Shown here in pieces: positions 47,257 through 56,178 of a stretch of 64,000 bases of DNA. The stretch lies in the sequence record PZ386957.1; one strand, given 5' to 3'. The notes under the pieces are model-generated. The model searched no databases, had not been told where the DNA came from, and saw only the letters and a program-made list of their open reading frames with translations. The first letter of the stretch is position 1; the number at the start of each line of letters is the position of its first letter. The position numbers and the translations under genes were made by a program. Origin of the DNA: a phage.

Positions 47257-47749
47257 TACCCTTCAAATCAGTCAATAATGCTTTTGGAATACGCGTAACC
47301 GTAATGTCGGCTTTATACAAAATATCAGCCCAATCACGCCCACCATTTCGGTCGTATGTATCGCAATAGTATAGATGTTTAATGCCACTGTTTGCAATTG
47401 CTTTAGCGCAATCTGGGCATGGTGAAGCAGTACACCACATACTAGCGCCTTCAATCGATACACCGCTACGGGCAGCAAACAAAATAGCATTTAATTCAGC
47501 GTGGATCTCGTTTTTATGCGACCATGCGCTATGTTCCGGTCGTTTTGCTGGGATCATGTTGCCGTCATCATCCAGCCATCCGCTTTTATGTGCATGACAG
47601 CTACAGTTTTCTTGCCCTGCTGGAGTGCCATTAAATCCGGTAGAAATGATTCGCCCGTCTTTTTCAATCAGTGCGCCTACCTTCCACGAAACACATTTAG
47701 AGTTCTTTGCGATCAGATAGGCGATCTGCATGTAAGTTTGTGATAACAT
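47243..47749 (-). CDS. cd: dCMP deaminase
   Basis: 168 aa from ATG at 47749 (GAGGA RBS); HAELNAI and SPCPDCAKAI zinc-binding motifs; collinear with T4 Cd. Confidence 0.92.
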   Translation of the reverse strand: MLSQTYMQIAYLIAKNSKCVSWKVGALIEKDGRIISTGFNGTPAGQENCSCHAHKSGWLDDDGNMIPAKRPEHSAWSHKNEIHAELNAILFAARSGVSIEGASMWCTASPCPDCAKAIANSGIKHLYYCDTYDRNGGRDWADILYKADITVTRIPKALLTDLKGIDND

Positions 47750-47770
47750 AATATAATCCTCACTTATCAT

Positions 47771-47974
47771 TTAACCGTATACGCGAAAGTATTCTACGGA
47801 CCCGTCGCTATACTGTTTTACATTGAATGTATTCACACCATGATTATTGCTCATGATGACATATACACTACGACGTTCATCGCTAAACGGCATAACTGGT
47901 GCTGGTTCAATCTCAACATTAAAACCACGTTTAGCAAGTGCTTCGCCTAATTGCTTGATTTTATCGGTAAACAT
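47771..47974 (-). CDS. Hypothetical protein (67 aa)
   Basis: ORF; start overlaps pseT stop. Confidence 0.55.
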   Translation of the reverse strand: MFTDKIKQLGEALAKRGFNVEIEPAPVMPFSDERRSVYVIMSNNHGVNTFNVKQYSDGSVEYFRVYG

Positions 47975-48852
47975 TAAAAGTCTCCGTAGTTAACCTGAAA
48001 ACATTCTACACCGATTGCGCGGTACATGTCAACCACTTGATCACGGTCATCTACTGCCAAAACAACATGATAACGCGGTGCAATTTCAGAGAAGAAAATC
48101 TCTTTCTTAACTTCATGGTCCGGTCGGCGATCATTAGTTTCACGCTGAAAGTGATCACTAGGTTCGATCCCTTGTTCACGCAACCATTGCAGCGTATCTT
48201 CTTCGCAAATGTCCTCACGTCCAGAACATGTAATGATCCGATAACCATTATCACGATACAGTTTAAGCATTTCGATAACCTGCGGACGTGGTTTATCTTC
48301 TTTGACCTTTGTCCAGTCAAAAGGATGACGATCGCCCTTATCCGCTAATGTCCCATCAATATCAAAGATCACTGCTTTCGGCAGCATGGTATTCGGTTTG
48401 TATACTTCTTGACCCATATATTCCTGCATCAGATAAAATTGGTTGCGCAGATTGGAAAGCGGAATTGCTTTCTCTCCACGATAGAAATTACGTTTCTTTA
48501 GTGTCTCAAATGATTCATTGAATACTTGTTCAGTATACACTGCGTCAAATTCTTTTGCAAGTTCTTTATAGAACACTCGATGTTTTTCTTTCAGGTTAGT
48601 ATCAGAGATAATGATACTTAATCCGCGTGATAGAGTCTCGCGAGCAATCATTCTCTGTACAGACTCTACCAGCTTTTCTTTTTCTTTAGTGTATTTGTAT
48701 TTCAGAAGCGAATCAACACCAAACAACATAAGACGCAGGTCATCACGATTTACATTACGATAATTACTAAACCGTTTACACGTTTCCATCGCCCAGGTGG
48801 ATTTACCGGACCCAGAACAACCAACGGTTAAAATCACTTCACATTTCGACAT
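47974..48852 (-). CDS. pseT: Polynucleotide kinase / 3'-phosphatase
   Basis: 292 aa; P-loop GCSGSGKST, HAD motif IFDIDGTL, C-terminal VDDRDQVVDMYRAIGVECFQV collinear with T4 Pnk. Confidence 0.93.
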   Translation of the reverse strand: MSKCEVILTVGCSGSGKSTWAMETCKRFSNYRNVNRDDLRLMLFGVDSLLKYKYTKEKEKLVESVQRMIARETLSRGLSIIISDTNLKEKHRVFYKELAKEFDAVYTEQVFNESFETLKKRNFYRGEKAIPLSNLRNQFYLMQEYMGQEVYKPNTMLPKAVIFDIDGTLADKGDRHPFDWTKVKEDKPRPQVIEMLKLYRDNGYRIITCSGREDICEEDTLQWLREQGIEPSDHFQRETNDRRPDHEVKKEIFFSEIAPRYHVVLAVDDRDQVVDMYRAIGVECFQVNYGDF

Positions 48853-49319
48853 TATTTCTCCTTCGGTTTACACCGTTCCTCGTTAAGTTCTTTTCGATAA
48901 TAACACATGATCATCTTACTTTCAAGTGTATATCTCTTAATATCCGCTAGCCATATTCTGAACTTTTGGGAATCTTCCCAACTCATCATGACCATTGCTT
49001 TTCCTCGTATTGTATCCACTTTCAGATCAATGTCAACTGGTTCTACTGGTGCTGGTAATACCGGATGCATTGCCGGATCTGCTGTATAGTGAGGAAGTGA
49101 ACATGAAGACAGAAGAAGCACTAACGGAATAGCAAATGAATGGATGATAGCAATTTTAACTCCTTTCTGAGTATTGCGAAAAATGTAATACACTATCCGT
49201 AAAGCAACGACCATTAGGAATAACGCACATACCCCGACCCCCAATTTCTCCGCAAGGTTAAATCCTTGTATCTCGCTGAATGATGGAAGACCATTCCATA
49301 GATCACTAAGAAAGTTCAT
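48852..49319 (-). CDS. Membrane protein; candidate o-spanin-like lipoprotein
   Basis: 155 aa; two hydrophobic segments, internal LLLSSC lipobox-like site then Pro-rich stretch; AAGGAG RBS; position as T4 pseT.2. Confidence 0.45.
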   Translation of the reverse strand: MNFLSDLWNGLPSFSEIQGFNLAEKLGVGVCALFLMVVALRIVYYIFRNTQKGVKIAIIHSFAIPLVLLLSSCSLPHYTADPAMHPVLPAPVEPVDIDLKVDTIRGKAMVMMSWEDSQKFRIWLADIKRYTLESKMIMCYYRKELNEERCKPKEK

Positions 49320-49639
49320 TGTGTGATCTCCTTAATCTCTTTGGTAAATTCTTTAAATGATTCATTGAGTTTAGGTTCTACCAACTTAGGTTTCTTTGCG
49401 ACAATATCACCCCTTACAGCGTCTTTAATCGCCTGATTTTGTTCCGATACAAAATTACTTCTGATATCGTTTATTTCTTTCTGTAAGCCGTCTAAAACCT
49501 TTAATTTTTCATTAGTCTGTTTACGGTATTCTGTGAACTCCTGATTCAGTCGTTCTACCTCCTGTTTATTTTCCCACCACATATTTCCCATGAAGCCTAA
49601 AATCAAAGACACCAAAACCACATAAACGATTTTTATCAT
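49316..49639 (-). CDS. Candidate i-spanin (N-terminal TM + coiled coil)
   Basis: 107 aa; MIKIVYVVLVSLILGFMG then helical charged region; position as T4 pseT.3. Confidence 0.5.
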   Translation of the reverse strand: MIKIVYVVLVSLILGFMGNMWWENKQEVERLNQEFTEYRKQTNEKLKVLDGLQKEINDIRSNFVSEQNQAIKDAVRGDIVAKKPKLVEPKLNESFKEFTKEIKEITQ

Positions 49640-49659
49640 AGTACCCCCAACGACAAAAG

Positions 49660-49675
49660 GCGGGGCAAGCCCCGC
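49660..49675 (-). terminator. Terminator after rnlA
   Basis: GCGGGG-CTTG-CCCCGC followed by CTTTTGTCG on minus strand. Confidence 0.55.
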
Positions 49676-49681
49676 TTATTA

Positions 49682-50851
49682 TTACCAGTCAATCTTATCG
49701 GCCGGAATCAGTTTCTTGTAATTCCGTAGATAATAAGTTTTAAGTGAATCCAGCATACGGTCATAATCAAGACCATCAAAGGCAATCATCAGACACATGA
49801 AAATATATGCTTGTGCATCACCATGTTTACGTGATTCGACGGTAGCATTAGCCGCATATGTTTTACGGTCTTCCCCTGCATGTAATGCATGAAACTCTGT
49901 AGTTTCTTTAAATGCTTTACGCAGAATAGATCTAAATGCTTCCTCGAACAATTCAATTCGTTCCAGTGCTTCCGGTTCTCCTTCATATGCAGCACGAAGA
50001 TCATCGGTTTCGCTCTCTACGACATAATAGATCAGATTGTTGGGAAAAAGCGAAGTGCTCTTGATGTTATGCACACCAATATACCATTCACTCTTCACCT
50101 TGAACATTTGACCGTCTTTAGTGCGTGCAACAATTCCTTCTACACCTTCCGCTACCCGAACTTCATCAAGAATATGCGTAAACCGCGCTGAATCAACCTG
50201 TAACGCATTTACCAGATGAGGACGTAGGATTGCATCAGAGAACAGCATTTGATGCGGTACGTACTCCCCTGTGACGTTATGGCGTACATTCAGCAGTGTT
50301 AGCGACGGTTCATTGTATTCTACAACAATTCGGTTGCTTGGTGCTGTGTATTCAAAGTTGAAAGTATAATCAGACCCAATATCAGAGATCTTAGCGCGTA
50401 GTTCTGCATACTTCTCTGAATACAGAAGACCATTTGCTCGCTCTGCCTGGCTTGAGTATAAAGCCGCTTTAGATTTTAGCTGAACATACCCATTATCAAT
50501 GTATGTGCTAACTAGACTCCCGTCCATTTTGTCCATGACCATTTCAACATCTTCCGGCTTGAAATGTGATCGAGCATTTTCACCTAAATTAAAAAACTTC
50601 TCCATAGGACGAGATGCAATGCGGACAGGACGGTCTTTATCATCAATTTCAAACATGATCCCGCGACACTCTAAAGCATCTGGCTTATTCCACATTTCCG
50701 GCTTGCTCAAATAGAGATAGCTAAAAATACGCATACGCGATTGCATTGGCGTAATTTCATCTTTGTAATAGAACGTATCGGACCCGTCACACAGTGCCAT
50801 CAGATTTTTGAACAATGCTAAAACTTTTTTGTTGTTTTCTTTTGTTGACAT
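49682..50851 (-). CDS. rnlA: RNA ligase 1
   Basis: 389 aa; collinear with T4 Rnl1 (PDALECRGIMFE, VRIASRPMEKFFNL, DKMDGSLVSTY, EGIVA..KDG..FKxKSxWY, CGKDRKTYA). Confidence 0.9.
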   Translation of the reverse strand: MSTKENNKKVLALFKNLMALCDGSDTFYYKDEITPMQSRMRIFSYLYLSKPEMWNKPDALECRGIMFEIDDKDRPVRIASRPMEKFFNLGENARSHFKPEDVEMVMDKMDGSLVSTYIDNGYVQLKSKAALYSSQAERANGLLYSEKYAELRAKISDIGSDYTFNFEYTAPSNRIVVEYNEPSLTLLNVRHNVTGEYVPHQMLFSDAILRPHLVNALQVDSARFTHILDEVRVAEGVEGIVARTKDGQMFKVKSEWYIGVHNIKSTSLFPNNLIYYVVESETDDLRAAYEGEPEALERIELFEEAFRSILRKAFKETTEFHALHAGEDRKTYAANATVESRKHGDAQAYIFMCLMIAFDGLDYDRMLDSLKTYYLRNYKKLIPADKIDW

Positions 50852-51248
50852 AATTTGTGTTCCATTCTGGTTTAAATTTGGTGATCAAAACAGGTTCTTC
50901 GATATCGGCAGTGCTTATAATATCCTTACCTTCTGGATTCTCGATATACAACTCGAAACACTGGCGATAATAGAATGTTACTTGTTTCCCTTCCTCTAGC
51001 GCCTTATGAATATTCTTACTCTTGCGAGTGTCCGCTGTTGGTGTTTTTCTGTTAATGCTAGTTCGGTAATAGTTGATCCGCTTTCTGAGATTAACAGTCT
51101 GACCAATGTATACCAGTTCATCATCAACCACAATAGCATAAAGAACATTTAAACGGTTCTTCTGAGGCGGTAGAATCACATCACCATCTTTACACTCTAA
51201 ACATGAATATTTAACGAATCCATAGTTTTCTATTAGCTCATTAATCAT
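50787..51248 (-). CDS. GIY-YIG endonuclease (seg-like)
   Basis: 153 aa; VLYAIVVDDELVYIGQTVNLRKRINYY fits GIY-(10)-YIG...R; 3' end overlaps rnlA start by 65 nt. Confidence 0.7.
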   Translation of the reverse strand: MINELIENYGFVKYSCLECKDGDVILPPQKNRLNVLYAIVVDDELVYIGQTVNLRKRINYYRTSINRKTPTADTRKSKNIHKALEEGKQVTFYYRQCFELYIENPEGKDIISTADIEEPVLITKFKPEWNTNYVNKRKQQKSFSIVQKSDGTV

Positions 51249-51273
51249 TATCCTTTCCTCACGTCATAACAAA

Positions 51274-51291
51274 GGCGGGATTTCTCCCGCC
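51274..51291 (-). terminator. Terminator
   Basis: GGCGGGA-GAAA-TCCCGCC followed by TTTGTT on minus strand. Confidence 0.55.
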
Positions 51292-51298
51292 CACCTTA

Positions 51299-51697
51299 TT
51301 AGCTTTCCAGAATATCGCGAGCTTCGTTACGCTCTTTGATGATTTTAAGGACAAACTCCAGTTTTTCTTTGTTCAGTGTCCCGTTTTCCATTGCTTCTTT
51401 GGCAGTGAATACTCCGCCACCTTGACCATACACAGTGACAGTAATTTCGCCTAACATGGTGATGTGAAAACCGCCAATTTTCGGTGATTCGAAAGAAACA
51501 ATCACCTCGCGGACAGTATTACCGTCGTTGATTTCTGAGAGGGTAATGTCGTTTTTGTAGGCGGTTGCTTTAACCATACGGATCAGCATAGTCTGATCTG
51601 GGGAGATGGTCATTTTGTCCATTGCATGTTGCAACGCAGCGTAACCGAAAACTTTAACGAAATCCAGAACGTCTTTGCGAGTTTGAAACTTAATCAT
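51299..51697 (-). CDS. Hypothetical protein (132 aa)
   Basis: ORF with AGGAG RBS and own promoter. Confidence 0.65.
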   Translation of the reverse strand: MIKFQTRKDVLDFVKVFGYAALQHAMDKMTISPDQTMLIRMVKATAYKNDITLSEINDGNTVREVIVSFESPKIGGFHITMLGEITVTVYGQGGGVFTAKEAMENGTLNKEKLEFVLKIIKERNEARDILES

Positions 51698-51738
51698 CTT
51701 GATACTCCTTAGTAAGTTAGTTTCGTTTCGATGGGGGT

Positions 51739-51767
51739 ATATTACTACCCCCGTTTCATGCTGTCAA
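51739..51767 (-). promoter_or_regulatory. Early promoter cassette (TTGACA-17-TAATAT) with GGGGGTA...TACCCCC palindrome
   Basis: About 45 bp nearly identical to the cassette at 52002-52048. Confidence 0.6.
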
Positions 51768-51986
51768 CTACTTTTTAATGACAAGTTCGAATTTTGCTAC
51801 CTTGCGTCCTCGCTTATTGAAAGCAACCCACGGACGGTTTTCAATGTAGAACAATTCTTCGCCAATAATTAATACTGGCTGATTGTAAAGGCGACCCATC
51901 AGGTCACGCTGGCGAATGGTAGTAGATTTGTAAACTTCGCCTACTACAAAGTGTTTGCTGATAGAGTCGGTGCAAGTAAATTTCAT
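51768..51986 (-). CDS. Hypothetical protein (72 aa)
   Basis: ORF with AGGAGAATC RBS and own promoter. Confidence 0.6.
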   Translation of the reverse strand: MKFTCTDSISKHFVVGEVYKSTTIRQRDLMGRLYNQPVLIIGEELFYIENRPWVAFNKRGRKVAKFELVIKK

Positions 51987-52019
51987 TTTGATTCTCCTTT
52001 GTTTCGTTTCGATGGGGGT

Positions 52020-52048
52020 ATATTACTACCCCCGTTATTCAGTGTCAA
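52020..52048 (-). promoter_or_regulatory. Early promoter cassette (second copy of 51739 block)
   Basis: Same sequence block as 51721-51767. Confidence 0.6.
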
Positions 52049-52055
52049 CTACTTT

Positions 52056-52274
52056 TTACTTGTTGTATTCATTCCACCATTGGGTGAGCTTATCAATTAT
52101 TTTTGTGTTTCTATCCAACTTATCCCACCGTTTTCGAGGGTTTATCAACCGGAATAGGTAAGGTGTACTTGTTAAGTGGACTCGGTCAATATAGTGATTG
52201 ATGTACTGTTTTTCGATTCTAAGTTTCATCTTTTTACGATGAAAATATGCAATGACTTGTTCTTCTGTTTCCAT
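52056..52274 (-). CDS. Hypothetical basic protein (72 aa)
   Basis: ORF with GGAGGAAC RBS and own promoter. Confidence 0.6.
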   Translation of the reverse strand: METEEQVIAYFHRKKMKLRIEKQYINHYIDRVHLTSTPYLFRLINPRKRWDKLDRNTKIIDKLTQWWNEYNK

Positions 52275-52298
52275 ATGTTCCTCCGTTTCGATGTGCGT

Positions 52299-52327
52299 AT
52301 TATGCTATGGCAAGATCCTATTGTCAA
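52299..52327 (-). promoter_or_regulatory. Early promoter cassette (TTGACA-17-CATAAT)
   Basis: Consensus context. Confidence 0.6.
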
Positions 52328-52344
52328 CACCCAATAACAAAAAA

Positions 52345-52362
52345 GTCGCCACTATGGGCGAC
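52345..52362 (-). terminator. Terminator after HAD-like gene
   Basis: GTCGCC-CATAGT-GGCGAC followed by TTTTTTGTT on minus strand. Confidence 0.6.
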
Positions 52363-52374
52363 TTTGAACAAACA

Positions 52375-52851
52375 TTAATCATGACCGTGATTTGCAATAT
52401 CCGCTCGCGTCTTATCTTTGTGATTTCCTACGTCAAAGACACGATAACCATTTTCACGCAAAACTTTAATCACTTCTGGGTTATCTTCGAATACTCCCAC
52501 CACTTCATCTTTATCAAAGGATTTAATTACCTCTAATTTGATGTGATAGTCTTTACGGGAATCATTGCGACCTCTCATAAAGATTTTATCGAAACACACA
52601 TCATTAGCGATCAGCCATTCCACCGTTTCCATGTAAGCATGTGAACTTCGTCCGGTGAGGATGTAAATCAAATGCCCGTTGTCGGAAAGAGCATTGATAA
52701 CACGGATTACATCGTAAATGGGGGAATCTCCCCCACATGCCTTGTTATATTCGATCCATGACTCGACTTTATCAAGATTTTCGGTTGGCATCTTTGCTAG
52801 TCGATGCGTTGGATCTGTGATCGTAAAATCTAAATCGACAAAATATATCAT
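52375..52851 (-). CDS. HAD-superfamily phosphatase-like protein
   Basis: 158 aa; N-terminal FVDLDFTIT (DxDxT motif). Confidence 0.6.
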   Translation of the reverse strand: MIYFVDLDFTITDPTHRLAKMPTENLDKVESWIEYNKACGGDSPIYDVIRVINALSDNGHLIYILTGRSSHAYMETVEWLIANDVCFDKIFMRGRNDSRKDYHIKLEVIKSFDKDEVVGVFEDNPEVIKVLRENGYRVFDVGNHKDKTRADIANHGHD

Positions 52852-54008
52852 AGATATTTCCCGAATCGGTTGTAGTCGTCGTCTGTTAAATCGGTATTAA
52901 CCTGAGATACCAGATACATAATCTCTACTTCTTGCGCCGCGTTTTGAACTTCGTCAGAGTTTAACCACTTACGCATCCACGGTAAAGGATGACGACGAAC
53001 ACTAAACGGGCTTTTCAGTCCGGCAGCACGCATACGGGAATCTGCCAGGTATTCTACATAGGTTTTCAGAATTTCCGGTGACAGGTTAGGAATTGCCCCC
53101 ATTGCGAATAGGTGGTCTACCCATTCTTTTTCTTGCTCGACAACATCCAGAAAGATTTTCGTTGCTTCGTCTTCAAGTTCTTCCGCAATCTGTTTCCACT
53201 CATCACCGTCAGCCCCCGTTTGCCATTGACGAATAATGTATTGTGTGCCTTTTAAGTGAAGTTGTTCATCACGCGCAATAAATTTCATGATCTTCGCGTT
53301 ACCTTCCAGTAAACCACGTTCGGCAAAGCTGAAAGTACATGCAAAGGACACATAAAAACGGATTGCTTCCAAAGCATTAACGCAGTGTGCACACAGATAA
53401 ATCGACGCCATCAGATCTCGTTTTGTATCTTCAAAAAATCTTCTTGCATCATCTAATGCTGTCTGGTCGTCTCGGTCTTCCCAATAGCGGAGATCTTCTT
53501 TTGCATTCTCATACTTACGAATCCAATAAAGAACATCATCATAATATTGCCCGATAGATTCCGCTCGCTTCATGATAGCAGGGTTATCGATGATCTGGTC
53601 GAACTCACTAGCCGGATCAATAAAACAGTTACGCATAATGTGAGTATAACTGCGGCTATGAATCGTTTCGCTGAATGTCCATGTTTGCAACCATGTATCA
53701 AGAGTCGGATCAGATACAATTGGACCAAATACACGGGCAGGCGCTCTGCCTTGAATAGAATCAAGCAAAGTCTGATAACGTAAGTTCTCGGTGAAGAAAC
53801 GCTTTTCAACATCGCTCATATTCAGATATTGAATGCGGTCAGTCGCTAGCGAGATCTCTTCTGGACGCCAGAAAAATGACAACTGTTTTTCGATCAACTC
53901 TTCAAATACTTGATGACGCTGGATATCATAACGAGCAATCCCTAAATCACTACCAAAAAACATCGGTTCAGTCATAATATCAACATGTTCACGATTAAAT
54001 ACGCTCAT
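52848..54008 (-). CDS. nrdB: Ribonucleotide reductase small subunit
   Basis: 386 aa from ATG at 54008; size and position match T4 NrdB; helical ferritin-like di-iron protein. Confidence 0.85.
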   Translation of the reverse strand: MSVFNREHVDIMTEPMFFGSDLGIARYDIQRHQVFEELIEKQLSFFWRPEEISLATDRIQYLNMSDVEKRFFTENLRYQTLLDSIQGRAPARVFGPIVSDPTLDTWLQTWTFSETIHSRSYTHIMRNCFIDPASEFDQIIDNPAIMKRAESIGQYYDDVLYWIRKYENAKEDLRYWEDRDDQTALDDARRFFEDTKRDLMASIYLCAHCVNALEAIRFYVSFACTFSFAERGLLEGNAKIMKFIARDEQLHLKGTQYIIRQWQTGADGDEWKQIAEELEDEATKIFLDVVEQEKEWVDHLFAMGAIPNLSPEILKTYVEYLADSRMRAAGLKSPFSVRRHPLPWMRKWLNSDEVQNAAQEVEIMYLVSQVNTDLTDDDYNRFGKYL

Positions 54009-54010
54009 CA

Positions 54011-54550
54011 CTATTCTCCATCAATTTTGTTTATATTGTAACCTACGTTGCCTTTTTCTATTTCTTTCAACGCAACTGAATTAAACGCTCTTGCCGCATC
54101 TTGTTCGCTATCAAATCTCCCTATATGAACACTCTTTCCTTGTATATTAATATGAACTAGCCATCTATTTGTGTACTTACACCAACTTACCCCGTTATAT
54201 TTTGATGACGCACCTTTAAATTTAGTCCTGTTTCTATTATTGACAGAATAATCAGTGCCTCGTAAATTTTCTATATGATTGTTCAGCTTGTTTCGGTCGA
54301 TATGGTCTATAACTTTAGGCTTATGTCCATGAAACATATGATAAATCACATGATGTATTAACTTCTTTCTATTGTCTACTGTTAGTTGAAGATATCCTCC
54401 GTTATGTGGACTTCCAACCTCATCACCAACTTTAACTTTATTGCTTGTTGAAACCTTTCTGAAAAGTTTACCGTCTTCGTATTTAAATAGATAGTGATAC
54501 CTTTCGTAAAGTATTCGGTCCTCTTCCGTATAATGTATTACCTCATACAT
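54011..54550 (-). CDS. HNH endonuclease with AP2-type DNA-binding domain (mobE-like position)
   Basis: 179 aa; HHVIYHMFHG...VIDHIDRNKLNNHIENLR (HNH) followed by YNGVSWCKYTNRWLVHINIQGKSVHIGRFDSEQDAARAF (AP2-like). Confidence 0.7.
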   Translation of the reverse strand: MYEVIHYTEEDRILYERYHYLFKYEDGKLFRKVSTSNKVKVGDEVGSPHNGGYLQLTVDNRKKLIHHVIYHMFHGHKPKVIDHIDRNKLNNHIENLRGTDYSVNNRNRTKFKGASSKYNGVSWCKYTNRWLVHINIQGKSVHIGRFDSEQDAARAFNSVALKEIEKGNVGYNINKIDGE

Positions 54551-54560
54551 AATATTTTAC

Positions 54561-54728
54561 TCACTTTTTAACACAAAAGAACTTAGTATTTCTGTTTATT
54601 TCGTTATCCTGTTGCAATTCCTGCACGGCTTCAAAACAACTTTGATGTGATGAAAACTCCACGCTGGTAACAGTTCCTTTATTATATGAGCCTACGCTAA
54701 CGGAAAGCAATAACCATATTGTAGCCAT
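54561..54728 (-). CDS. Small hydrophobic-N-terminus peptide, tandem paralog B (55 aa)
   Basis: MATIWLLLSVSVGSYNKG...; start overlaps the stop of paralog A (TAATG). Confidence 0.45.
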   Translation of the reverse strand: MATIWLLLSVSVGSYNKGTVTSVEFSSHQSCFEAVQELQQDNEINRNTKFFCVKK

Positions 54729-54901
54729 TAGTTCACCTTCTGCTTTTCAACACAGTACAGATTCATAAAGCGTTTATTGTCTTCGCGGATAATCTCGCGA
54801 GCTTTAACGCAATCCTGCTTTGTTGCAAATTCAATGCTTGACATATTTCCGTAATTATACATTGAATTGCTGATTGCAATCAATAACCATACAGTAGCCA
54901 T
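54728..54901 (-). CDS. Small hydrophobic-N-terminus peptide, tandem paralog A (57 aa)
   Basis: MATVWLLIAISNSMYNYG...; start overlaps upstream stop. Confidence 0.45.
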   Translation of the reverse strand: MATVWLLIAISNSMYNYGNMSSIEFATKQDCVKAREIIREDNKRFMNLYCVEKQKVN

Positions 54902-55068
54902 TATTCGACAACCTCAAAGCATTTATCATCAGGTAGAATAGCCCATTCTACGCCGTATTCATCCTCAACGTAGTAGCAAGCCCCATCATGTCGAGCATCA
55001 TATACATCACCGACAACAAAGCTATCAGCTAGCTCAAAATCTACAGCAACACATTTTAATTTGATCAT
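54901..55068 (-). CDS. Small protein (55 aa)
   Basis: ATG at 55068 with GTGAGGA RBS downstream of promoter 55100-55128. Confidence 0.5.
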   Translation of the reverse strand: MIKLKCVAVDFELADSFVVGDVYDARHDGACYYVEDEYGVEWAILPDDKCFEVVE

Positions 55069-55099
55069 AATAAAATCCTCACTTGTTTTTGATGGTTGA

Positions 55100-55128
55100 A
55101 TTATAGCGGGGATTTCTCCCCGCGTCAA
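55100..55128 (-). promoter_or_regulatory. Promoter/stem-loop cassette TTGACG-17-TATAAT whose spacer is the hairpin GCGGGGAGAAATCCCCGC
   Basis: The hairpin plus flanking A/T runs also reads as a terminator for the upstream nrdA fragment. Confidence 0.65.
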
Positions 55129-55140
55129 CACTTATTTTTT

Positions 55141-56178
55141 TTACAGTTTGCAAGATGAACATTCGCTAGCGTCTTCCGTACCATCAGCACCATCACGAAC
55201 GTTAGCGTAATACAGTGTCTTGAGGCCGTAATATTGAGCAAACAGCATATCATCTAACACATCAACAATATCGACTTTACCAGTCTTATAAGTGCTTGGA
55301 TCGTAGGATGTATTGGAACTAATCGCCTGGTCTACAAACTTCTGCATGATCGCTGCCAGTGTCAGATAAGGCTTGTTACCTTTCTTGATCAGTGTCCAAA
55401 GCAGGTCAATAACATCAGCATTATTCTCTACGTTCGGAATAACCTGATTAAATTGTCCTTCCTTTGATCCTTTAACCGATACAATCCCGCGAGGCGGTTC
55501 AATACCATTTGTGCTGTTAGATACCTGAGAAGACGACTCACAAGGCATCAGCGCCGAAAGCGTACTGTTACGAATGCCATATTTTTTCAGGTCTTCGCGC
55601 AGTTCTTCCCAATCCATCTCATACACCGGATCAACCAGTTCATCTACTGTCTTTTTGTACCAGTCGATAGGCAGTTCACCGCGTCCATAACGTGTTTCGT
55701 GCATCAGTTCGCAAGCACCCTTCTCTTTAGCCAGTTGCACACTAGCCTTAATCAGAGCATATTGCAAGCGTTCAAACGTTTTATGCGTAAACTCGTTAGC
55801 GTCTTCATATGTGAAGAAATTATCCGCCAAATATGATGCAAAGTTAGTCACACCAACACCCAGAGAGCGACGTTTTTTGGCTGTCAGAGCTTGTTCTACA
55901 GGATAATCCTGATAATCTAACAGGTTGTCAAGTGCACGCACCATAACCATAGCAATGCGTTCTACTTCTTCCATGTTTTCGATATCGAAATTACCTAAAA
56001 CATAGGCAGCTAAGGTGCATAGTCCCACCTCGGCGTCTTCTTTCCCCATCGGAGAAGTGGGGAGTGTAATTTCCATGCAGTTATGTACTAAAATATCATT
56101 AGCGAAGAAAGAATGTGTATCTTCTACGGTAATGTCGTAAACCGGAATTTCAATCTCAATATATTCAATCTCAACCAT
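55141..56178 (-). CDS. nrdA: nrdA C-terminal fragment: split-intein C-half fused to NrdA C-terminal part (from catalytic Cys)
   Basis: 345 aa; first 33 aa MVEIEYIEIEIPVYDITVEDTHSFFANDILVHN are intein blocks F/G, followed by CMEITLPTSP...LCTLAA (compare E. coli NrdA SNLCLEIALPT...ALCTL). Confidence 0.85.
   Translation of the reverse strand: MVEIEYIEIEIPVYDITVEDTHSFFANDILVHNCMEITLPTSPMGKEDAEVGLCTLAAYVLGNFDIENMEEVERIAMVMVRALDNLLDYQDYPVEQALTAKKRRSLGVGVTNFASYLADNFFTYEDANEFTHKTFERLQYALIKASVQLAKEKGACELMHETRYGRGELPIDWYKKTVDELVDPVYEMDWEELREDLKKYGIRNSTLSALMPCESSSQVSNSTNGIEPPRGIVSVKGSKEGQFNQVIPNVENNADVIDLLWTLIKKGNKPYLTLAAIMQKFVDQAISSNTSYDPSTYKTGKVDIVDVLDDMLFAQYYGLKTLYYANVRDGADGTEDASECSSCKL
56080..56178 (-). 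mobile_element. Split intein C-terminal half (IntC, 33 aa)
   Basis: Ends FFANDILVHN followed by Cys, as in known phage-type split inteins. Confidence 0.8.
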
